Assembly: GCA_965228475.1 (NCBI GenBank)
Contig: OZ245817.1
Location: forward strand, 3,104,001 to 3,168,000
DNA length: 64,000 nt
Reading direction: 5' to 3'
Source: Myxococcota bacterium
GTDB taxonomy: Bacteria; Myxococcota_A; UBA9160; JAFDDA01
Positions within the stretch are counted from its first letter, which is position 1. Each line of letters starts with the position of its first letter. This document shows, piece after piece, positions 20,035-28,155 of this stretch. A program made the position numbers and the translations under genes. The notes beneath the pieces are model-generated. The model made no database searches. It saw only the letters and a list, made by a program, of their open reading frames with translations, and was not told the origin of the DNA.

Positions 20035-21417
20035 ATGGCCAATCGACGTAGGCGCAAGAACACACAGGGCCCGAAGGACCGCAGCGGCGAGGTCGCCGCG
20101 GGCGAGACGCCCGAGCTGCTGGAGCTCGGGCCCGACGGCGGGAGCGACGACGAACTGCTCGAGTTCGACGGCGCCTCCCAGCTGAAGGCCACCATCAAGG
20201 TGGTCGGAGTCGGAGGCGGTGGCGGCAACGCCATCAACACGATGATCGAGTCCGAGCTCGGCGGCGTGGAGTTCATCGCCGCGAACACGGACGCCCAGGC
20301 GCTCGAGCACAGCAAGGCGCCGACGCGGCTTCAGCTCGGCACCGAGGTCACGCGTGGCCTCGGCTGCGGCGCGAACCCGGAGAAGGGCAAGTCCTCGGCC
20401 GAGGAAGTGCACGACCGCATCCACGACGAACTCGCCGGCGCCGACATGGTGTTCGTGACGGCGGGCCTCGGCGGCGGCACCGGCACGGGCGCGGCCCCGG
20501 TGGTGGCGAAGATCGCGCGCGAGGTCGGTGCGCTCACCGTCGCCGTCGTGACCAAGCCCTTCACCTTCGAAGGCAAGGTGCGCGGCAAGCACGCGGACCG
20601 CGGCATGGAGGAGCTCCACCGCACGGTGGACACGCTGATCACGATCCCGAACGATCGGCTGCTCAACCTCGCCGGCAAGAAGACGGCCATGAAGGACGCC
20701 TTCCGCCTGGCGGACGACGTGCTGCTGAACGCCGTGAAGGGCATCTCGGATCTGATCACCGTGCACGGCCTGGTGAACCTCGACTTCGCCGACGTGCGCA
20801 CGATCATGAACGAGATGGGCATGGCGCTCATGGGAACGGGCATCTCGAGCGGCGAAGACCGGGCGGCGGAAGCCGCGCGGGCGGCCATCTCGAGCCCGCT
20901 GCTCGAGGACCTCTCGATCGAGGGGGCGCGCGGCGTGCTGATCAACATCAGCGGCAGCGACGACCTCACGCTCTTCGAGGTGAACGAGGCGTCCATGGTG
21001 ATCCAGGAAGCCGCCCACGAGGATGCGAACATCATCTTCGGCGCGGTGATCGACGAGGAGATCCCGGAAGGCGAGGTGCGGGTGACCGTGATCGCGACCG
21101 GCCTCGAGGACGATCGCCCCGGCCGCGGCCTGCCCTACGACGACCACGTCTCGGTGACGCCGCCGCCGCGGCTCGTCGAGGTGCCCCGCCGCGAAGCGCC
21201 GCCGGCGTTCAGCGCCGAGACGGTGGCGGAGATGCCGGTGGATCCGCCGGCGCCGGCTCAGGACCCGACGGCCACCGACGGCTGGCCGGTGGACTCGCCC
21301 TACGAGGACGAGCTCGACGTGCCGACCTTCCTTCGCAACCGGACGCGGGATCCGGAGGCGGAGGAGGAGGACGAGGCGTTCGAGGATCCGGCGTTTCTGA
21401 GGCGGTCTGCGGACTAG
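20035..21417 (+). CDS. ftsZ: Cell division protein FtsZ
   Basis: '[13 protein letters not shown]', '[10 protein letters not shown]' and 'NLDFADV', with C-terminal 'DVPTFLR' and 'DPAFLRR'. Confidence 0.98.
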   Translation: MANRRRRKNTQGPKDRSGEVAAGETPELLELGPDGGSDDELLEFDGASQLKATIKVVGVGGGGGNAINTMIESELGGVEFIAANTDAQALEHSKAPTRLQLGTEVTRGLGCGANPEKGKSSAEEVHDRIHDELAGADMVFVTAGLGGGTGTGAAPVVAKIAREVGALTVAVVTKPFTFEGKVRGKHADRGMEELHRTVDTLITIPNDRLLNLAGKKTAMKDAFRLADDVLLNAVKGISDLITVHGLVNLDFADVRTIMNEMGMALMGTGISSGEDRAAEAARAAISSPLLEDLSIEGARGVLINISGSDDLTLFEVNEASMVIQEAAHEDANIIFGAVIDEEIPEGEVRVTVIATGLEDDRPGRGLPYDDHVSVTPPPRLVEVPRREAPPAFSAETVAEMPVDPPAPAQDPTATDGWPVDSPYEDELDVPTFLRNRTRDPEAEEEDEAFEDPAFLRRSAD

Positions 21418-21440
21418 GGGATCGGTCTCATCCCGTTCGG

Positions 21441-21475
21441 AGGGCCCGGTGGCTTTGGCTGCCGGGCCCTTTTCT
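21441..21475 (+). terminator. Intrinsic terminator after ftsZ
   Basis: AGGGCCCGGTGGC-TTTG-GCTGCCGGGCCCT followed by TTTCT. Confidence 0.85.
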
Positions 21476-21490
21476 ATTGGCCTCGGCTCG

Positions 21491-21611
21491 CGCGACGGGG
21501 CCGGGGTGGGCTTCCGCTCATGGCTCGCCCGGGCCACCGGGTTGCTCGTTTGCTGTTTGGGAGGCCCGGGCTGCGCTTTACTTCGCTGAAGCCCACCCCG
21601 GCCCCGCCGCG
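21491..21611. repeat. Long intergenic inverted repeat (24-bp arms, nested inner stem)
   Basis: CGCGACGGGGCCGGGGTGGGCTTC ... GAAGCCCACCCCGGCCCCGCCGCG (23 of 24 complementary), with inner GCCCGGGCC/GGCCCGGGC. Confidence 0.7.
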
Positions 21612-21645
21612 ATCGTGGGTTCCTCGAACTCTTGGAGAACACGAC

Positions 21646-22458
21646 ATGTCCGACCTGGTCCTGTCTGCGCGCGATGGCGACGTCGTCACGTTGACTTTGA
21701 ACAATCCGAAGCGGCGGAATGCGATGACGGAGGCGATGGGGGAGGCGTTTTCGGCGGAGGTCGGGCGGCTCGTCGGGGACGAGACGATTCGGGCCGTAGT
21801 GCTCACCGGCTCCGAGGAGGGGCGCGCGTTCTGTGCGGGCGGGGATCTCGGAATGATCGGCGGGCATGCGGACCGGGGTGTCGAGAGCCCGGTGGATGCA
21901 CGCAACGCGGCGCGGGACACGATGAAGAACTTCTATGGGCTCTTCCTGTGCGTGCGGGACCTCCCCTGCCCCACCATTGCCGCCATCAACGGACACGCCA
22001 TCGGCGCGGGGCTGTGCGTCACGCTCGGCTGCGATTTCCGCGTCGCCGCGAGCGATGCGAAGCTCGCCTTCAACTTCACCCAACTGGGCATCCACCCCGG
22101 GATGGGCGCCACCTGGACGCTCCCGCGCCTGGTCGGCCCCGCCATCGCGGCGGACCTGCTCTATACCGGCCGCACCGTGCGCGGCGAGGAGGCCGCCTCG
22201 CTCGGGCTGGTGAACCGCGCCGTGGCGTCCGGCTCGGTCGCACGGGTGGCACGCGAACTGGCCGAGACGCTTTCGACGAGCGCACCGCTGCCCGTGCGCG
22301 GCTTGAAGCAGGCCCTGCGCCACAGCCTCGACCGCTCCCTCGACGAAGCGCTGACCTTCGAGGCCGAGCAGCAGGCGCTCTGCTACGAGACCGAAGACAT
22401 GCAGGAGGGACTCGCCGCCGCCCGGGAGAGACGGGCGGCGGCGTTCACCGGACGCTGA
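21646..22458 (+). CDS. Enoyl-CoA hydratase/isomerase (crotonase) family protein
   Basis: 'TLNNPKRRNAM', 'AFCAGGDL', 'AAINGHAIGAG' and 'LGIHPGMG'. GGAG SD. Confidence 0.93.
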   Translation: MSDLVLSARDGDVVTLTLNNPKRRNAMTEAMGEAFSAEVGRLVGDETIRAVVLTGSEEGRAFCAGGDLGMIGGHADRGVESPVDARNAARDTMKNFYGLFLCVRDLPCPTIAAINGHAIGAGLCVTLGCDFRVAASDAKLAFNFTQLGIHPGMGATWTLPRLVGPAIAADLLYTGRTVRGEEAASLGLVNRAVASGSVARVARELAETLSTSAPLPVRGLKQALRHSLDRSLDEALTFEAEQQALCYETEDMQEGLAAARERRAAAFTGR

Positions 22459-22463
22459 GCCCC

Positions 22464-22490
22464 GCGGCCCGGCCTTCGGGCCGGGCCCGC
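22464..22490. terminator. GC-rich C(UUCG)G hairpin between convergent genes
   Basis: GGCCCGGCC-TTCG-GGCCGGGCC; there is no U-tract. Confidence 0.5.
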
Positions 22491-22497
22491 AGCGGAG

Positions 22498-22848
22498 CTA
22501 GGCCGCTTCCGGCGTCGGCCGGCGCTGGCGCCGGGAGCGGGCGCCCGAGGCCAGCCGGTCTTCGACCCGCGCGATGCGCCTCCGGGCTCGCTTCAGCGCG
22601 TCGCCCAGGGCCGTGCGCGGGTCGTCCGCGTCGGATCGCACCACGATCGATCGTCCGCGGTGGGTCTCCAGAACCAGTCGGCAGCTCTTGTCGGCCCCGC
22701 CGCGCGGGCCGTTCTCGTCGCGGAGGAAGACCCGGACGCGCGCCAGGCGATGCTTCCATCGGCCGAGGGTCGTGCGGATCCGGCTCTCGGCGTGCCTCCG
22801 GAAGCGCGGCGGGAGTTCGTCGAACGGAGCGTAGATCTGGGTCTGCAT
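22498..22848 (-). CDS. HPF/RaiA family ribosome-associated protein (short form)
   Basis: 'RVRVFLRDENGPRGGADKSCRL' signature. ATG at 22848 with GAGGAG upstream. Confidence 0.85.
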   Translation of the reverse strand: MQTQIYAPFDELPPRFRRHAESRIRTTLGRWKHRLARVRVFLRDENGPRGGADKSCRLVLETHRGRSIVVRSDADDPRTALGDALKRARRRIARVEDRLASGARSRRQRRPTPEAA

Positions 22849-22878
22849 GGCCAACTTCTCCTCTCGGTTCATGAAGTC

Positions 22879-22945
22879 ATCATCGGCAGGGATGCTCGGT
22901 TCGACAATGAGGAACTTTGGCGCGAATCCATCGTCTTTTACGATG
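22879..22945 (-). promoter_or_regulatory. Putative LysR-type (NhaR-like) regulated sigma70 promoter, copy A
   Basis: Palindrome CATCGT-N5-ACGATG (contains T-N11-A), then on the minus strand TTCCT..TTGTCG-N17-GATGAT. Confidence 0.55.
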
Positions 22946-22956
22946 TTCGGGCCGCC

Positions 22957-23802
22957 CTAGCCCGCCAGGATCCGGTACCCCCCGTCGACGTTGCGGATCT
23001 CCCCGGTGATCGCGTGCCCCGGCGAGAGCAGGTGGACGACCTCGCGCGCCAGGTCCCGAGGCTTGGCGTTCCCGAGCGCCGTCTTTTCCTCACAGGCGGC
23101 CGCCGCCTCGGCCAGGCCGGGGATCGCTCCGCCCGCGCGCGAAGCGGCGTAGGGCGAGAAGCGGACGGCGTTCACCCGGATCCCGTGGGACGACCCGAGC
23201 TCGTGGGCCAGCTCGACGCTGATGCGCTCGAGGGCGGACTTCGCGACGGCGACGTTCTTGTAGGGGTGCGGCACGACGCGCTCGGCGCCGAGATAGCTGA
23301 GGCTGACGACGCTCGCTCCGGCCTCGAGCGCGCCGGCGCCGAGCAGGCGCTGCACCAGCGCGATCAACGAGTAGGCCGACACGTCCATGCAGTCGAGGAA
23401 CTCCTCGCGCGTCACCGAGAGCAGGGAGCGCACGCCGTCTCCGCCGAGCGTCCGGTCGCGCGCGACGGCATGGACCACGCCGTCGAGCGGCCCGTCCGCC
23501 GCGATCTCCTCGGCGAGCTCGTCGAGGGAGGCGTCGATCGAGAGGTCGCATGCGATCGCCTGGGCCTCGTCGCTGACGGACTTCCGGAGCGTCTCCCGGA
23601 ACGAATCGAAGGTCGCCTCGAGGTGCCGCGCGGCGCGCTCCGAGAGCCCCGCGTGGTGCTTCGTGAGACCGAGGCCGCTGCAGACCAGGGTCGCCCCGGC
23701 TGCGGCCAGCTCGGCCGCGATGGTCGTCGCGAGCGACGCATCGTCCGCGATCCCGGTCACCAGATAGCGTCGGCCCGCCAGAGGCCTTTGTTCCGAACTC
23801 AC
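22957..23802 (-). CDS. Enoyl-ACP reductase FabI/InhA-like SDR
   Basis: 'LVTGIADDASLA', 'DVSAYSL', catalytic Y-x6-K 'YKNVAVAK', 'ELGSSHGIRVNAV' and 'TGEIRNVDGG'. GTGA overlap with the BON gene. Confidence 0.85.
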   Translation of the reverse strand: MSSEQRPLAGRRYLVTGIADDASLATTIAAELAAAGATLVCSGLGLTKHHAGLSERAARHLEATFDSFRETLRKSVSDEAQAIACDLSIDASLDELAEEIAADGPLDGVVHAVARDRTLGGDGVRSLLSVTREEFLDCMDVSAYSLIALVQRLLGAGALEAGASVVSLSYLGAERVVPHPYKNVAVAKSALERISVELAHELGSSHGIRVNAVRFSPYAASRAGGAIPGLAEAAAACEEKTALGNAKPRDLAREVVHLLSPGHAITGEIRNVDGGYRILAG

Positions 23803-24377
23803 GAGAGTCCTCCGCTCTGCGGCGCCGGTTTGGAGAGCTCTCCGGGCGGCGCCATCGCCAGGAGAACCGCGTCGATCTGGACGTCCACCACGCCCGCGAT
23901 GCGTGCGATGCGATGCTTCAGGGTCAACACGTCCGCAGGGTTCTGGAACGTGGCGCGCAGCCGGACGACGCCGCTCGCGACCTGCACTTCCGGGTCGGTT
24001 CCGAGCAGGCGGCCGTCGGCCTCCAGGACCATCCGGACCTGGCGCTCGATGGTGGAGTCGCGCTCGAGGCCACTCACCACGACGCGCAGCTCGTTGTCGA
24101 GATCCACGACGCCGGGCGTCGTCCAGGCGGCCCGCTCGGCCTGAAGGGACTGGTCGAGGAGCTGGACCCGGCCCTGCAGCAGGACGCGGCCGTCCTGGAC
24201 GCGGACGCGGATCTCCGCGCCGCCGAGATCGTCGAGGGCCTCGAGGCGCGCCTCGATGGCGGCGCGAACGGCAGCGTCGCTCGGGGGCGGCGCGGCCCGA
24301 ACGGCTCCTGCGATCCACGCGAGAAGCACCGCCAACCCGATCCCGCCGAGGCGAAGCGGGCCAGCGCCCGCTCTCAT
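23799..24377 (-). CDS. Secreted dual BON-domain protein
   Basis: Signal peptide ending 'AVRA', then two BON repeats: 'IRVRVQDGRVLLQG...PGVVDLDNELRV' and 'VQVASGVVRL...IAGVVDV'. Confidence 0.85.
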   Translation of the reverse strand: MRAGAGPLRLGGIGLAVLLAWIAGAVRAAPPPSDAAVRAAIEARLEALDDLGGAEIRVRVQDGRVLLQGRVQLLDQSLQAERAAWTTPGVVDLDNELRVVVSGLERDSTIERQVRMVLEADGRLLGTDPEVQVASGVVRLRATFQNPADVLTLKHRIARIAGVVDVQIDAVLLAMAPPGELSKPAPQSGGLS

Positions 24378-25111
24378 GAAGCCACCCCGAGCCGGGGTGG
24401 CGGGGCGGCCGCCGCCGCGCCCGCCGCTGCCGGAACCCCGACCTCCTGATGGATGGAGGCGACCAGCGGGGCGGGCAGCTCGAGCCGGGCGGCCAGCATG
24501 GCCAGGTAGGCCCGCTCCGCCGCCGTATCCACCTCGATCGCGAGGAGCGAAGCCGTGTAGATCTCGACGGCGATCTCGACCGAGGTCGCGGCGGCCACCA
24601 GCTCGTTCAGGTCGACCGGGTTCCCGAGGTGCGCCAGCAACGTCGCCTTTTCGGCCTCGGAGAGGTCGAGGGCGCCGACGCGCTCGTAGATGGCATGGCG
24701 CTCCGCACCGTCGAGCTTGCCATCGGCCTGGGCCGCGGCGGCCATGGCCCGGATCAGGGTGAAGGCCAGGAGCTCCCCGCCGCCCTGGCTCTCGGGCACG
24801 AAGCGCTCGAGCGCCGGCGCGCCCGCGGGCGAAGCGGCGTGCTGGGGGGCAGAGGGCGCCGAGGGCGCCATCGCGGGCGCTCCGGCCGGGGCCGCGGCTC
24901 CGCCGGCCTGGCCCTCGCGGTACTTCTGGAAGGCCGCGTAGGCCACGCCGCCCACCGCGGCGATCCCGCCCACCTTCAACGCCTTCTTCCCGAACTTCCG
25001 GCCGGCCTTGCTCGTGAGGAGGCCGCTCGCCAGACCGCCGGCCAATCCGCCGGCGAACCCCGAGGCGGCTCCGCTTCCAAGGATCTGGGACAGGATGCGA
25101 TCGGTTCCCAT
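24374..25111 (-). CDS. DUF533 (YebE/TerB-like) membrane-associated protein
   Basis: Gly-rich N-terminus, 'KVGGIAAVGGVAYAAF', 'LIRAMAAAAQADG', 'EIYTASLLAI' and 'ERAYLAMLA'. Confidence 0.9.
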   Translation of the reverse strand: MGTDRILSQILGSGAASGFAGGLAGGLASGLLTSKAGRKFGKKALKVGGIAAVGGVAYAAFQKYREGQAGGAAAPAGAPAMAPSAPSAPQHAASPAGAPALERFVPESQGGGELLAFTLIRAMAAAAQADGKLDGAERHAIYERVGALDLSEAEKATLLAHLGNPVDLNELVAAATSVEIAVEIYTASLLAIEVDTAAERAYLAMLAARLELPAPLVASIHQEVGVPAAAGAAAAAPPPRLGVAS

Positions 25112-25155
25112 GGCGAGTCTCCCTTCCGGCCCGCACGGTCCGGGGCCTCGAGAGG

Positions 25156-25221
25156 AAGCTATGGCCAGGGCGACCTATCGACAAATAGGAAATCAGGGCG
25201 GGGGGATTCGATTTTTTCAAT
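25156..25221 (-). promoter_or_regulatory. Putative LysR-type (NhaR-like) regulated sigma70 promoter, copy B
   Basis: Minus strand ATTGAAAAAATCGA..TTCCT..TTGTCG-N17-TAGCTT; aligns without gaps to copy A at 22879-22944. Confidence 0.55.
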
Positions 25222-25255
25222 CGATGGGAGTCGGGGAACGGCGCCCCATCGGCGC

Positions 25256-25702
25256 TCAGCCCGTCAGGCGTTTGCGCACGAGCGTGCTGACGAGCTTGCC
25301 GTCGGCGGCGGGCCCCAGGCGCGCGAGCGCCTCCTTCATGACCCGGCCCATCTCCTTCGGCGAGCTGGCCCCGGTCTCGGCGACGACCGCCTCCACCACC
25401 GCCGTGATCGCGGCCTCGTCGGGCGCCGCCGGCAGGTAGCCGTCGAGGATGGCCCGCTCGGCCGACTCCTTGTCCGCGAGATCCTGGCGCCCGGCCTCCT
25501 GGTAGCGCTCGGTGGCCTCTTCCCGCTGCTTGACCAGGGTCCGGATCACCCGGACGAGATCGTCCTCGGAGAGCTCCCCTCCGGCCTCGATCTCCTTGTT
25601 GCGGATGGCACCGCGCAGACCGCGGATGGTCTCGACGCGGAGCTTCTCGCGCGCCTTCATGGCCTGCTTCAGATCGGCCTCGAGCTGGTCCTGGAGCCCC
25701 AT
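25256..25702 (-). CDS. GatB/YqeY domain protein
   Basis: 'DLKQAMKAREK', 'KQREEA', 'YLP', 'KEMGRVMK' and 'ADGKLVS'. Confidence 0.93.
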   Translation of the reverse strand: MGLQDQLEADLKQAMKAREKLRVETIRGLRGAIRNKEIEAGGELSEDDLVRVIRTLVKQREEATERYQEAGRQDLADKESAERAILDGYLPAAPDEAAITAVVEAVVAETGASSPKEMGRVMKEALARLGPAADGKLVSTLVRKRLTG

Positions 25703-25825
25703 TGCCACATCCTCGCCACATTCGGCCCGCGTTTTTCCGCGGGCAACGCCCCTCTCATTGGCTAAAACCAAGTCGGCCGTCAAGCAGGGTCCTGCGACGG
25801 CCGAGAGAGTGAGCAGGGGGGTCCG

Positions 25826-25927
25826 ATGCGCCGAGCCATGAAGAAGATCGTACGAAGCTCGGTGCTGTGGCTCGCCGTCGCCTATGTGGGCTGCCTCTTC
25901 CTCATGGCCCAGGCCTACGCCCAGTAG
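25826..25927 (+). CDS. Putative 33-aa small membrane protein
   Basis: MRRAMKKIVRSSVLWLAVAYVGCLFLMAQAYAQ*. AGGGGGG SD, host-like codons, and it fills the yqeY-ndk gap. Confidence 0.5.
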   Translation: MRRAMKKIVRSSVLWLAVAYVGCLFLMAQAYAQ

Positions 25928-25951
25928 CCACCCGGACCGGGGGCGCTCCGT

Positions 25952-26392
25952 CTAGCTGAGCGCCTCGACCGGAGCCTGGATCTCCGTCGCATTGAAGAAG
26001 TACGAGATCTCGACCCGCGCCGTCTCGGGCGCGTCGGATCCGTGCACCGCGTTCTTCTCGATGTCGGTGGCGAACGCCTTGCGGATGGTGCCTTCCTCGG
26101 CCTCGGCCGGGTTGGTGGCCCCCATGAGCTTCCGGTAGCGGGCGATCGCGTCGTCCCCCTGGAGGACGCTCACCACGACCGGCCCGCTCGTCATGAAGGC
26201 GACGAGGTCTCCGTAGAACGGGCGCTCCTTGTGAACGGCGTAGAAGCCGCGCGCATCCTGTTCGTTCAGGTGGAGCATCTTGAGGGCGAGGATCTCGAGG
26301 CCGGCGCCCTGGATCTGGCTCAGGATGGCGCCGGTGGCGCCCTTGGCGACGGCGTCGGGCTTGATGATCGAAAGCGTGCGCTCCACGGCCAT
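25952..26392 (-). CDS. ndk: Nucleoside diphosphate kinase
   Basis: '[12 protein letters not shown]', 'HKERPFY', 'MGATNP' and 'NAVHGSD'. Confidence 0.98.
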   Translation of the reverse strand: MAVERTLSIIKPDAVAKGATGAILSQIQGAGLEILALKMLHLNEQDARGFYAVHKERPFYGDLVAFMTSGPVVVSVLQGDDAIARYRKLMGATNPAEAEEGTIRKAFATDIEKNAVHGSDAPETARVEISYFFNATEIQAPVEALS

Positions 26393-26513
26393 GAACGGGT
26401 CCTCCTTCGGGGAGGCGGCAGCTTAGCGTGGAAATCGCGGCGTGGAGGTCGTGCGGTCGTGGGAAAACGCGCCGAATACGCGCGGGTTCGGCGTCGAGGT
26501 CCGGCCTCGCGGC

Positions 26514-27023
26514 CTAGGCGCGTCGCGCCTCGGGAGCGGCGTCGGCGATCACCGAATCCACGAAGGCGCGCTGCTCCGCATTCAGTTCGTCGAAGCGGAC
26601 CCCCATGCCCGGCGGGCCCTGCTCCCGCGGCACGGGGCGCGACCAGGTCACCTCGCCCGAGAGCACCATGCTGCCGTCGGGCGCACCGAGGGTCAGCCGG
26701 AGCGGCGTCCCGAGGCCGAGCGGCTCCTCGGTGGCGATGAAGATCCCGCCCTCGGAGATGTCCTCGAGGTACGCGGACCGGAGACCCTCGCGGGTCTCGA
26801 AGTGGACCTGGAGGTGGGTCGGGAACCGGAAGTGAGCCCGGCGCTCGACGACGGAGACGAGGCTCTCGAGCCGGTCGCCGTAGCGCGCGTTCAGGGTGCG
26901 GCGCAGGCACTGCCAGCGTTCGAGGTCCGCCACGTCGAGGGGCGGCGCACCGAACAGGCGGCGGCGGTTCAGTGCCATGAACTCGCTCACGAGCGAGTCC
27001 GAGGCGGGGCTCGGGTCGGACAT
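26514..27023 (-). CDS. PilZ-domain protein (myxobacterial TIGR02266-like)
   Basis: 'ERRAHFR', 'DISEGGIFI', 'GEVTW' and 'PGMGVRF'; the c-di-GMP-binding motifs are intact. Confidence 0.88.
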   Translation of the reverse strand: MSDPSPASDSLVSEFMALNRRRLFGAPPLDVADLERWQCLRRTLNARYGDRLESLVSVVERRAHFRFPTHLQVHFETREGLRSAYLEDISEGGIFIATEEPLGLGTPLRLTLGAPDGSMVLSGEVTWSRPVPREQGPPGMGVRFDELNAEQRAFVDSVIADAAPEARRA

Positions 27024-27083
27024 ATGGCTGATATCGGCTATGTCGGGCCGGAACGAGAGCCCTTCGTGACCCCGGGCGGCCGA

Positions 27084-28064
27084 TCAGTCCACCCGGAGGA
27101 CGATTTTCCCAAAGTGTTCGCTGGCTTTCATGGCCCGGTGCGCCTCCGGCGCGGCGTCGAGGGGCAGCACCCGGTCGACCGCCGGGCCGATCCGGCCCGC
27201 CTGGAGAGCAGGCCCAAAACGGTCTAGGAATCCCGATACGATCGCGGCCTTCTCCGCGGCCGGGCGGGCCCGCAGGGTCGACCCGATCACCTGGAGACGG
27301 CGCGTCAGCAGGACGCCCATCGGCAGCTCGGCCTTGGCGCCCCCCATCAGGCCGATCAGGACGAGCCGGCCCCCCGTCGCGAGCGCGGCCAGGTTCTTCT
27401 CGAGATAGGGCGCACCGATCGAGTCGAGCGCCACGCCGACGCCCTTCCCGCCCGTGGCCTCCTTCGCCGCGGCGACGAAGTCCCCCTCCCGGTAGTTGAC
27501 GGCGACGTTCGCACCGAGCTCCGTGCAGCGCGTGCACTTCTCCTCGCTTCCCGCGGTCACGACGATGGTCGCGCCCGCCTCGCGCACGAGCTGGATCGCC
27601 GCCGTGCCGATGCCGCTGCCGCCCCCGTGGACGAGCGCCGCGCCGCCCTCGGCCAGGCCGCCGAGCTGGAAGACGTTCAAGAAGACCGTGAGGAACACTT
27701 CCGGGAGGGCGGCCGCCTCCTCCAGGGAAAGCCGCTCGGGGACGGGCATCGCGCTTCCGGCGTCGACGACGACCTCCTGCGCGTAGCCCCCGCCGGCGAG
27801 CAGGGCCATGGCGCGGTCTCCCGGGGACCAGCCCTCGACCGCGCTCCCGACCTCGAGCACTTCGCCGGCGCACTCGAGACCCAGGATCTCCGAAGCGCCG
27901 GGCGGCGGCGGGTAGAACCCCTGCCGCTGAAGCAGGTCGGCCCGGTTCACGGCGGTCGCGGCGACGCGGATGCGCAGGTCGCCCGCACCCATCTCCGGCG
28001 GCGGCGCTTCGCCGAGCTTCATCACGGTCTCGTCGCCGGGCTTCTCGATCAGGATGGCTTTCAT
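27084..28064 (-). CDS. NAD(P)H:quinone oxidoreductase, PIG3/zeta-crystallin family
   Basis: 'VNRADLLQRQGFYPPPPGAS', 'HGGGSGIG', 'GSTLRAR' and 'HFGKIVL'. Confidence 0.95.
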   Translation of the reverse strand: MKAILIEKPGDETVMKLGEAPPPEMGAGDLRIRVAATAVNRADLLQRQGFYPPPPGASEILGLECAGEVLEVGSAVEGWSPGDRAMALLAGGGYAQEVVVDAGSAMPVPERLSLEEAAALPEVFLTVFLNVFQLGGLAEGGAALVHGGGSGIGTAAIQLVREAGATIVVTAGSEEKCTRCTELGANVAVNYREGDFVAAAKEATGGKGVGVALDSIGAPYLEKNLAALATGGRLVLIGLMGGAKAELPMGVLLTRRLQVIGSTLRARPAAEKAAIVSGFLDRFGPALQAGRIGPAVDRVLPLDAAPEAHRAMKASEHFGKIVLRVD

Positions 28065-28094
28065 GGAGCGGAGCCTACCAGAACCCGACGACTG

Positions 28095-28133
28095 AAAAGA
28101 AAGGGCCGGAGCGCGCGAACGCTCCGGCCCTTC
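28095..28133 (-). terminator. Intrinsic terminator after the acyl-CoA dehydrogenase operon
   Basis: AAGGGCCGGAGCG/CGCTCCGGCCCTT stem with TTTCTTTT tail on the minus strand. Confidence 0.85.
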
Positions 28134-28155
28134 GGACCTGCCGCGAACGGCCGAG

